Below, one piece after another: positions 25,357-32,000 of a stretch of 32,000 nt of DNA. The position numbers were made by a program, and so were the translations under genes. A model generated the notes under the pieces. That model ran no database searches, was not told the DNA's origin, and saw only the letters and a list, made by a program, of their open reading frames with translations. The stretch spans positions 38,562 through 70,561 of the forward strand of contig NZ_CACRUY010000011.1 in the NCBI RefSeq assembly GCF_902652685.1, given 5' to 3'. The stretch's first letter is position 1; the number at the start of each line of letters is the position of its first letter. This DNA is from Mycobacterium sp. Marseille-P9652. GTDB taxonomy: Bacteria > Actinomycetota > Actinomycetes > Mycobacteriales > Mycobacteriaceae.

Positions 25357-26206
25357 CGACGTCGTCCGTCTGCGGCTCGACATCGCCTACGACGGAACCG
25401 ATTTCGCGGGCTGGGCGGTCCAGTCCGGGCAGCGCACCGTCGCCGGCGTCCTCGACGAGGCGCTGACGACGGTGTTCCGCACGCCGGTGCACCTGCGCGC
25501 GGCCGGACGCACTGACGCCGGCGTGCACGCCACCGGGCAGGTGGCCCACGTGGATGTGCCCGCAGACGCGTTGGCGAACGCCCAGTCGCGCTCGGCGCGC
25601 GCCGGTGACCCCGAATTCCCGCCGCTGATCCGCCGGCTCGGCCGGTTTTTGCCCACCGACGTCCGGGTCACCGAAATCGCGCGCGCTGCAGCGGGTTTCG
25701 ATGCGCGCTTCTCGGCGTTGCGGCGGCATTACGTGTATCGGCTGTCGACGGCCCCGTTCGGCGCGCTGCCGCAGCAGGCGCGCTACGTCACCGCCTGGCC
25801 GCGTGGCCTGGACGTCGAGGCGATGAATTCCGCGTCGCGAGACCTGTTGGGGCTGCACGACTTCGCGGCGTTCTGCCGCCAGCGCGAGGGCGCCACCACG
25901 ATTCGCGAGCTGCAGCGGCTCGACTGGTCGCGCGACGGCCACCTCGTCACCGCGCACGTCAGCGCCGACGCGTTCTGCTGGTCGATGGTGCGGTCACTTG
26001 TCGGCGCGCTCCTGGCGGTCGGCGAACACCGGCGACCCCCGTCGTGGTGCCGCGAGTTGCTCTCGGCCACGGAACGTTCCAGCGATTTCGCGGCCGCGCC
26101 GGCGCACGGTTTGACGCTGGTGGCCGTCGACTATCCGCCCGACGACCAACTGGAAGCGCGGAATCTGATCACCCGCGACCTGCGGACGCGCCCCCCTTCG
26201 CGGTGA
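25322..26206 (+). CDS. truA: tRNA pseudouridine(38-40) synthase
   Basis: [20 protein letters not shown] and the catalytic [17 protein letters not shown]. The only canonical in-frame start upstream of the conserved core is the GTG at 25322. That start overlaps the rplQ 3' end by 35 nt and is uncertain. Confidence 0.88.
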   Translation: MPPSPTRLTRVNDVVRLRLDIAYDGTDFAGWAVQSGQRTVAGVLDEALTTVFRTPVHLRAAGRTDAGVHATGQVAHVDVPADALANAQSRSARAGDPEFPPLIRRLGRFLPTDVRVTEIARAAAGFDARFSALRRHYVYRLSTAPFGALPQQARYVTAWPRGLDVEAMNSASRDLLGLHDFAAFCRQREGATTIRELQRLDWSRDGHLVTAHVSADAFCWSMVRSLVGALLAVGEHRRPPSWCRELLSATERSSDFAAAPAHGLTLVAVDYPPDDQLEARNLITRDLRTRPPSR

Positions 26207-26286
26207 TCGGTCAGGCCTGGTTGCGTGCGCCGCGCCTACGTTGCGTCGCAACACCACCACCGCTTCGGGTCGCAACACTCTGAATC

Positions 26287-26321
26287 TCGGATGCGATATC
26301 ACCGGTGATATCGGTATCCGA
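26287..26321. repeat. Imperfect 35-bp palindrome with a perfect 20-bp core, CGATATCACCGGTGATATCG (26294-26313)
   Basis: The core is its own reverse complement. The outer arms TCGGAT (26287-26292) and ATCCGA (26316-26321) also pair. It lies in the truA/cutinase convergent spacer. Confidence 0.9.
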
Positions 26322-26376
26322 AGGCACCTATGCACCTGGAGACTCCCCGGGGGCTCTCTGGGGTGTGGGGTGTTTG

Positions 26377-26418
26377 TCGAATGCGATAGCGCCGGCGATA
26401 TCGAATCTGACCGGTCAG
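26377..26418. repeat. Second copy of the palindromic motif (TCGAATGCGATAGCGCCGGCGATATCG, 26377-26403) followed by a perfect 12-bp palindrome CTGACCGGTCAG (26407-26418)
   Basis: The 27-bp stretch matches 26287-26313 at 23 of 27 positions and sits 90 bp downstream of it. CTGACCGGTCAG is self-complementary. Confidence 0.85.
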
Positions 26419-26549
26419 GAGTTGGCGATGAGCGAACTGGTCCACGACTAAAACCGTGTCGCAGTTGCTGATCGGCCACGTCCGCTACCGCGACTGCTAC
26501 GGCGGAACCCGCGAACCGGGACAGTTGCTTCAGTGGGGGCCAGCGACGA

Positions 26550-27185
26550 CTAGACCTTGCCAGCGACGAACTTCGCGGCCTGGTTCGTCAACCCGGGGAC
26601 GTAGCCGAGGTGCGCGCTCCACTGCGTGCCGTTCGAGCAGATCGGGTCGCCCGTGTTGCACAGGTCGATGGTCTTCCCGTCGAAGTTCGGGGTCAGGGCG
26701 CTCATCAGCCCGCCCGCGCGGGTGGACGGATTGCCGAAGAGGGCGACGGCGGCCACGTGGTCGGCGGCGTCGGCGGGCAGGGGCTGGCGGAAGCCGAGGC
26801 CGGGAAGCGGTGACGCGGTGACGATGTCGACGACGGCCGCGCCCTGCGAGTAGCCGCCCAGCACCTCCTTGGTGTTCGGGCAGTTGCGGGCCATCTGCTG
26901 CACGTGGTTGCTCGCGTCGTTCGCCCCGTCGGTGGCGGCCAGGAAATCCTTGCTCGCCGGGTAGTTGACCGCATACGAACCCACGCTCTTGCGGGTGTTC
27001 TGGCGCAGCGAGCTGACGAACGCCTGACCGACCTTTCCGACGCCGGGCGGCTCGTCGGTTCCGCGCGCGAACACCACCTCGACGTCGGGGCACGACGCCG
27101 AGGCCAGCGGCATCAACTTGGGGACGACGAACAGCGCCACCGCCACGAGCAGCGCGGCGGCCAGCCCCAGCCGGATCAGCCTCAC
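26550..27185 (-). CDS. cut4: Secreted cutinase-family serine esterase
   Basis: 211 aa, GTG start. Signal peptide MRLIRLGLAAALLVAVALFVVP...ASA, CPDVEVVFARGTDEPPG, nucleophile GGYSQGAAV, and C-terminal D...H (GDPICSNG...SAHLGY). The symbol is assigned from synteny with M. tuberculosis eccB4-cut3-cut4 (from memory). Confidence 0.85.
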   Translation of the reverse strand: MRLIRLGLAAALLVAVALFVVPKLMPLASASCPDVEVVFARGTDEPPGVGKVGQAFVSSLRQNTRKSVGSYAVNYPASKDFLAATDGANDASNHVQQMARNCPNTKEVLGGYSQGAAVVDIVTASPLPGLGFRQPLPADAADHVAAVALFGNPSTRAGGLMSALTPNFDGKTIDLCNTGDPICSNGTQWSAHLGYVPGLTNQAAKFVAGKV

Positions 27186-27237
27186 ACCACGAGGCTATGG
27201 GCCCTTGATACGCGAATGATCAAGCGGCGGTAACGAT

Positions 27238-28092
27238 TTAGACCAGCGGAGCCTGCGGCGCGGGCGTGCTGGGCACGTTGGGTGCGGGCACCGTGGGGCC
27301 GCTGCCGGGCGTCTGCGGTGCATAACCCGGGTTTTGGGGGCCATTACCCGGCGTCTGCGGACCGGTGCCGGGCATCTGCGGGGCGTACGCCGGCGTTTGC
27401 GGTCCGTATCCGGGCACCTGCTGGCCGGAGCCGGCCAGCAGCTTGGACGCGACGAACTTGGCCGCCTCGGTGGTGTAGACGGGGACGTATCCCTCGGTGT
27501 GCCCGGTCCACTCGTTGCCCTGACCCGCGTGGCAGATCGGGTCTTGTGGGTTGCACAGGTCGATCGCGTTGGCGCCGAGCAGCGCGCTCTGCGTGGGCAG
27601 GGTGCCGCCGGCGCGGTCGGCGACGTCACCGAAGGTGGCGACGGCCGCGATGTTGCTGGCGTACTGCGGCGGGAGCGAGTTGCCCCAGTTGATGCCTCCA
27701 ATGGGCACGCCGGCCACGATGTCCATCACCGATGCGCCCTGTGAGTAGCCGCCCAGCACGATCTTGGTGTTCGGGCACTTCTCGACGCTCTTCTTGACGC
27801 GGTCGATGGTGTCGTTGGCGCCGTCGCCGCCGTGCAGCTGCAGCTTGCTGGCGGCGTAGTTCACCCCGTACGGCAGGATGTTCAGGCCCGGGGCCTGCTG
27901 GCGCAGGGAGTCGACGAACGCGTCCCCGACCCGCCCGAGGCCGGGCGGCTCGTTGGTGCCGCGCGCGAAGATGACCTCGACGTTCGGGCAGTCGTCGGCC
28001 GAGGCCGTTGGTGCCGCGACGGGGGTGACGAGGGCGGCGGCGGCGAACGCGGCGCTCGTCAGGCCGACCCAACGACCGGCTGACCGCGCCAT
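27238..28092 (-). CDS. cut3: Secreted cutinase-family serine esterase with Pro-rich heptad-repeat C-terminal tail
   Basis: ATG at 28092 ([32 protein letters not shown] signal). The track start is a GTG at 28140. Motifs are [26 protein letters not shown] and DPICHAG...TGHTEGY. The tail is (PGxGPQT)n. Confidence 0.85.
   Translation of the reverse strand: MARSAGRWVGLTSAAFAAAALVTPVAAPTASADDCPNVEVIFARGTNEPPGLGRVGDAFVDSLRQQAPGLNILPYGVNYAASKLQLHGGDGANDTIDRVKKSVEKCPNTKIVLGGYSQGASVMDIVAGVPIGGINWGNSLPPQYASNIAAVATFGDVADRAGGTLPTQSALLGANAIDLCNPQDPICHAGQGNEWTGHTEGYVPVYTTEAAKFVASKLLAGSGQQVPGYGPQTPAYAPQMPGTGPQTPGNGPQNPGYAPQTPGSGPTVPAPNVPSTPAPQAPLV
27241..27414 (-). repeat. Degenerate 21-nt (7-aa) tandem coding repeat, about 8 units
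   Basis: Encodes [56 protein letters not shown]. On the plus strand, GTCTGCGG-like cores recur at 27311, 27353, 27374 and 27394. Confidence 0.8.
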
Positions 28093-28198
28093 ACCCTCTC
28101 GAGGGCCCCCCCGTGGGCCACGTGTCCGCTGAAGAGTCACCCCGAGATCTTAACCGCAGGTGGCGGGGACCGAAAATTCGCTGACCTGTGGATAAGCG

Positions 28199-29602
28199 GT
28201 GCCGGCCCAGCGGGCAGCGCCCTACCGTGGGCGAAAGATCAGCAGATCAGGGGGGTCCGTGCCGCGTCCGCCGTCCGTTTGGCTGCAGGTCTCGGGCTAC
28301 CGGTTCCTGCTGCGTCGCCTGGAGGCGGCGTTGCTGACCGGAGACGCGAGCGCGCCCGTGCGGGGGCGCTCGGCGGCCCTGGCGTTCGGGTACCTGGTCG
28401 CCGCCCTCGCCGCGGCGGGCTGCGCGCTGCTGGCCGTGCTGCGCCCGCATCCGGCGTTCGCGCAGGAGCGGCTCGTGATGACGCGAGAATCCGGCGCGCT
28501 GTACGTGCGGGTGGGCGACACCTGGCACCCAGTGCCGAACATTGCCTCGGCGCGGTTGATCGCCGGGGCCGACCTGAACCCACGGCCGGTGCGCGGGTCG
28601 GACCTGGCCCGTACGAGGCGCGGACCGCTGCTCGGCATCCCCGGCGCACCGGAGTTCCTCGGTGCCCCGCTGTCCGGGGGCGAGTCTGTGTGGACGATCT
28701 GTGACGCAGACGGGGTGACGACGGTGGTCGCCGCCCCGGCCGTCGGTTCGCCGGCCGGGGTCCTGGCTCCCGACGCGGGCGTGCTGGTCGCGCCGGTGTC
28801 GGGCTCGCCCACCTATCTGCTCTACAACGGGCTGCGGGCCGTCGTGGACCTGGCCGACCACTCGGTGGTGCGGGCCCTGCGGCTCGAGGGCAGGGCGCCG
28901 AGGCCGGTGTCGCAGTCGTTGCTCGACGCCGTTCCCGAGGCGCCCGCGATCGCGGCGCCTCGCGTGCGAGACGCGGGGCGCCCGGTCGCCGGTTTGCCGG
29001 GGTTCGCGGCAGGGAGCGTGCTGCGCATCGCCCGGGCCGACGGCGACGAGTATTACGCCGTGCTGACCGGGGGCGTCCAGCGCATCGGCCAGGTGGCGGC
29101 CGACATCCTGCGCTTCAGCGACTCGCGGGGCACCGCCGGCGCGACCACGGTGGCGCCGGATGCGATTCGGGCCATTCCGACGGTCGACTGGTTGCCGGTC
29201 GGGACCTTCCCCGACCGCCCACCCATGCCGGCGCGGGCGGGCGGCGTCGTCTGTGCCGCGTGGGGCCCATCGGGTGTCACGTTGCTGGCGGGTGGCGAAC
29301 CGCCGCTGCAGCCGGGCCAGGCCCCCGTCGCGCTGGCGCAGGCCGACGGGCGGGGCCCGGCGCTCGACGCCGTCTACCTGCCACCCGGCCGCAGCGCCTA
29401 CGTCCGCGCGGGCGGGATCCGCTTCCTCATCATCGACACCGGGGTGCGGTTCGCGGTCCGCGACGACGAGGACGCGCGCGACCTGGGCCTGCCGGCGCCG
29501 CTGCCCGCGCCCTGGCCGGTGATCGCCGCCCTGCCGTCCGGGCCGGAACTGAGCAGGCAGGGCGCGTCAGTCGCGCGCGACGCCGGCGGGGTGCCGCCGT
29601 AA
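28199..29602 (+). CDS. eccB4: ESX-4 type VII secretion system core component EccB
   Basis: 467 aa from the GTG at 28199. An alternative GTG at 28259 follows AGGGGG. It has the EccB signature VWLQVSGYRFLLRRLEAALLTGD followed by a TM helix (ALAFGYLVAALAAAGCALLAVL) and a large extracytoplasmic domain. Its neighbours are mycP and eccD. Confidence 0.85.
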   Translation: MPAQRAAPYRGRKISRSGGSVPRPPSVWLQVSGYRFLLRRLEAALLTGDASAPVRGRSAALAFGYLVAALAAAGCALLAVLRPHPAFAQERLVMTRESGALYVRVGDTWHPVPNIASARLIAGADLNPRPVRGSDLARTRRGPLLGIPGAPEFLGAPLSGGESVWTICDADGVTTVVAAPAVGSPAGVLAPDAGVLVAPVSGSPTYLLYNGLRAVVDLADHSVVRALRLEGRAPRPVSQSLLDAVPEAPAIAAPRVRDAGRPVAGLPGFAAGSVLRIARADGDEYYAVLTGGVQRIGQVAADILRFSDSRGTAGATTVAPDAIRAIPTVDWLPVGTFPDRPPMPARAGGVVCAAWGPSGVTLLAGGEPPLQPGQAPVALAQADGRGPALDAVYLPPGRSAYVRAGGIRFLIIDTGVRFAVRDDEDARDLGLPAPLPAPWPVIAALPSGPELSRQGASVARDAGGVPP

Positions 29603-30835
29603 TCGACGGGCGCCTGAGCAGGCCAGCAGCACCAGGAGGCAGACGCCCGCGCCCCGCAGGGCGACGCGCCGGGACCCGGGGCCCCGGGGGCCGGGCGGTG
29701 CCGGTGTGGTGATCGGCACGGGCGCCGGCGTGGACGTGGCGGCGGGTGGCGGCGACCCGGTGCTGACCGCGGCCACGGCGTCGACGGTGCCGTGACCGAC
29801 CAGCGGATCGCGCCCGGTGGTCGCGCGGTGGGCCGTGGACTCGATGCGCCGTATCACCTGGCGGGCCGTCAGGGCGGGGAGGCGGGCACGGATCAGCGCC
29901 GCCAGTCCGCTCACCACGGGTGCGGCGTAACTGGTGCCGGACACCGGCGGCGAGCCGAGCGGCGTGACCCCCTCCCCGGGGGCGGCGACGTCCACCCAGG
30001 GGCCGGCCAGGGTGAAGGCCGACGGGGTGCCGTCCGCGCCGACGGATCCCACCGTCAGCACGTAGTCGTCGTACCAGGCCGGGCTGACCGCGACCGTGAC
30101 CGTGTCCCAGGTGGCGCCCGGCCGCTGGGGCGGGCACGGCGCGGAGCCGCCGGCGTTGCCGGCCGTGTTGCCGGCCGGCGCCACCACGACCGCGTTCTTG
30201 ACGTCGACGGCGTAGGCCAGCGCCGCTCCCAACGCGCGGTCGTCCAAGCCGGCCGCGGCGCACGCCACCGTCGAGATGTTGATCACCGAGGCGCCGAGGT
30301 CGGCCGCCGTCCGGACCGCCTTCGCCAGGGTGTCGACGTCGCCGACCCCGGTGTGGGACGGGTCGCTGGCCGGGGCGAATCTCGCGCTGGACTGGCGGAT
30401 GCTCAGCACGGTCGCGTCGGGCGCGGTCGCGGCGATGACGCCGGCGACCAGCGTTCCGTGCGCGTCGCAATCCTGCGTGCCGTCGCCGGTCGACACGAAA
30501 TCGCCGCCGGCCACCACATCGGGCAACCCGCGATGCCGGGCGACGCCCGTGTCGATCACCGCCACCCTTTGCCCGGCGCCGCGGGTGAGTTGCCAGGCGC
30601 GCGACAGGTCGGGGGAACCGGCGACCCCGTTGCCGGCCGGTGGCGCGTCGGCCGGCAACGGGGCGCACGCCTCGCGCTGCACTGTCGGCCATGGCGGCGC
30701 CGGCGCGGCGGGCCGGGGCAGCCATCGGTCGTCGATCGCGGGCGGCGAAACCGCCTGCGCCACCGGCGTTGTGCACTGCGACAGCGCCGCGACGGCCGTG
30801 ACGATCACGAGCCGCACGGCGCGCGTCGCTGTCAC
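29567..30835 (-). CDS. mycP4: ESX-4 mycosin (membrane-anchored subtilisin-like serine protease)
   Basis: Track ORF 29567..31834 trimmed to the GTG at 30835, which overlaps the eccD4 stop (GTGA). Signal peptide VTATRAVRLVIVTAVAALSQC...AQA. Catalytic residues are VAVIDTGV (D), DAHGTLVAG (H) and SGTSYAAP (S). There is a Pro-rich linker and a C-terminal TM anchor VCLLVLLAC. Confidence 0.88.
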   Translation of the reverse strand: MTATRAVRLVIVTAVAALSQCTTPVAQAVSPPAIDDRWLPRPAAPAPPWPTVQREACAPLPADAPPAGNGVAGSPDLSRAWQLTRGAGQRVAVIDTGVARHRGLPDVVAGGDFVSTGDGTQDCDAHGTLVAGVIAATAPDATVLSIRQSSARFAPASDPSHTGVGDVDTLAKAVRTAADLGASVINISTVACAAAGLDDRALGAALAYAVDVKNAVVVAPAGNTAGNAGGSAPCPPQRPGATWDTVTVAVSPAWYDDYVLTVGSVGADGTPSAFTLAGPWVDVAAPGEGVTPLGSPPVSGTSYAAPVVSGLAALIRARLPALTARQVIRRIESTAHRATTGRDPLVGHGTVDAVAAVSTGSPPPAATSTPAPVPITTPAPPGPRGPGSRRVALRGAGVCLLVLLACSGARRLRRHPAGVARD

Positions 30836-32000
30836 GGCGGGCCGAATCCGCGCACGGCGGCGTAGATTCCGCAAATTTCGAAGGTCAACGGCACCGTCGC
30901 GACCAAGGCCGACCACTCCAGCACCTCGGCCGCTCGGCCGGCGAGCGGTGACGTCGTCGGGGCAACGAACCCCAGGCCCATCGCGGCGGCGGCCAGCACC
31001 GCGGTCGCGGCGGCGACTAACGGTCCACGATCGGTGGCATGTGCGGCAGACACCGCGAATGTCGTTGCGATGACGGCGGTTCCGCCCACGACGAACACGA
31101 CGGCGCGCCTGATGTCCGCGCCGCGGGACCGGAGAAGCAGAAGCGCCCCGGTGAGGACACCGAAGGCGATGCAGCTCAGGCACGGGGCGCCGGCGAGAAC
31201 GGTGGCGACGGCCGCGGCGGCGGCTGACGCGCCGAAGGCCGCGAGCAGGACGGTGAGCCAGCGGTCGGCGCGCCGCGCCGCGGCGTGCACGCCGGGCCCG
31301 ACGCTCCCGGCGTCCAGGCGCGGCGACAGACCGGCCAGCATGATCGATACCCGGCCCGCCGCCCCGAGCAGGCCGAGGCACGCGAGCGTGGACACCGACG
31401 CGATCGTGCGCAACGGGGCGCCGGTGATCGCGCCCGCCAGCGTCGCGGCCGCGACGATGACCGACAGGCACGCGACGGCGCTGAGCGTGACGCCACCGCG
31501 GCCGCCCGCGAGCGTCGCCAGAACCGCGGTGGCGGCGGCCGCCGACGCGGCAAGCGCCGAGTGGGCGACATCGGGCGGTCCCGGCACGGCGAGAACTCCG
31601 GCGACCGCGGCGAACAGGACGGCAAGGATGTTCAGCGCGAGCGCGGCCGCCCGGTCTCGGCATGACCGCTGCGCGATCGCCGCGCCGAGCAGGGCAGCGG
31701 TCGCGGCCGCCGCCGCGATGGCCGCGGTAATCGCGTTGTGGCTCAGCGCGTTCAGCCCCAGCACCATGCCACCGACACCGGTCAGGCACGCCGCCGCGGT
31801 GGCGCGGGCGAGCCGCGACTGGGCGCTGCCCCACGGCCGGGCCACGCCCGCGAGCGTCGCGGACACCGCGCCGGCCGGGTCGTGGTGCCGTGGGACGGCT
31901 TGCGGGGCGGGCCCGGGGGCGAGCACCAGGATGTCGCCGTCCCGGATCTCGTTGTCGGACAATGTCGTCGCGGCGTCCATCGCCGGATCGCCCAGCCGGG
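30832..32000 (-). CDS. eccD4: ESX-4 secretion system membrane channel component EccD (5' end outside the window)
   Basis: Polytopic membrane protein with many Ala/Leu/Gly-rich TM helices. The frame stays open upstream of the M at 31980 (..RLGDPAMDAATTLSDNEIRDGDILVL), which looks like the end of the EccD ubiquitin-like domain. The true start therefore lies beyond nt 32000. Confidence 0.8.
   Translation of the reverse strand, partial: RLGDPAMDAATTLSDNEIRDGDILVLAPGPAPQAVPRHHDPAGAVSATLAGVARPWGSAQSRLARATAAACLTGVGGMVLGLNALSHNAITAAIAAAAATAALLGAAIAQRSCRDRAAALALNILAVLFAAVAGVLAVPGPPDVAHSALAASAAAATAVLATLAGGRGGVTLSAVACLSVIVAAATLAGAITGAPLRTIASVSTLACLGLLGAAGRVSIMLAGLSPRLDAGSVGPGVHAAARRADRWLTVLLAAFGASAAAAAVATVLAGAPCLSCIAFGVLTGALLLLRSRGADIRRAVVFVVGGTAVIATTFAVSAAHATDRGPLVAAATAVLAAAAMGLGFVAPTTSPLAGRAAEVLEWSALVATVPLTFEICGIYAAVRGFGPP

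Noticed and set aside
26161-26408. GAATCT hexamer recurring at exactly 121-bp spacing (26161, 26282, 26403), suggesting a 121-bp tandem repeat
   Set aside because: The intervening 121-bp segments share no further similarity when compared base by base. This is most likely coincidence.
26287-26418. Possibility that the repeated palindromes are a mini CRISPR array
   Set aside because: There are only two diverged copies with a 63-nt spacer, no further repeats, and no cas genes in the window.
26241-26471. 76-aa ORF in the truA/cutinase spacer whose translation repeats CD(I/S)xGDI
   Set aside because: It has a TTG start with no RBS, and its GC3 is far below that of real genes here. The repeated peptide motif is simply the translation of the two DNA palindromes. 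I treat it as non-coding.
29567-31834. 755-aa ORF as a giant mycosin
   Set aside because: The upstream two-fifths is an alternative-frame read of eccD4. The signal peptide and subtilisin motifs begin after the GTG at 30835.

Overview
High-GC (about 68-70%) actinobacterial chromosome segment, almost certainly a Mycobacterium. Support: IF-1 and L36 match what I recall of the M. tuberculosis proteins almost exactly, there is a PE/PGRS gene, there is an ESX-4 locus, and the mmsA-fadE9-mmsB and Rv3463-rmlB-rmlC neighbourhoods are present. I call 36 protein genes. I found no rRNA, tRNA, CRISPR array, transposase or integrase.

Gene order, left to right:
- KAS III-like enzyme plus aminotransferase pair, then MarR.
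- Tat-Rieske lipoprotein / Tat-metallophosphoesterase / small membrane protein operon.
- Asp-nucleophile alpha/beta hydrolase, divergent from a TetR gene.
- mmsA-fadE9-mmsB-STAS operon (minus strand).
- Small hypothetical gene.
- FAD oxidoreductase, ECF sigma factor, and a Rieske-domain membrane protein (candidate anti-sigma).
- PE-PGRS protein with a C-terminal aspartic protease domain.
- Tightly packed minus-strand array: REC-TrxR-like fusion, cNMP-like histidine kinase, two tandem LLM/F420-type oxidoreductases, rmlB, rmlC.
- Core infA-rpmJ-rpsM-rpsK-rpsD-rpoA-rplQ-truA block.
- A 343-bp non-coding convergent spacer containing two related palindromes.
- Two cutinases, then the start of ESX-4 (eccB4, mycP4, and eccD4 truncated by the window edge).

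Most interesting items:
1. The two-component pair whose response regulator output is a thioredoxin-reductase-like flavoprotein lacking the CxxC centre, with a kinase carrying a degenerate cNMP-binding domain and a split DHp domain.
2. The ECF sigma factor translationally coupled to a Rieske [2Fe-2S] membrane protein.
3. The exported Rieske / metallophosphoesterase operon.

Many very long ORFs in the supplied track are antisense or out-of-frame shadow ORFs typical of GC-rich DNA, and I rejected them. All homology statements come from motif recognition by eye. No database search was run.
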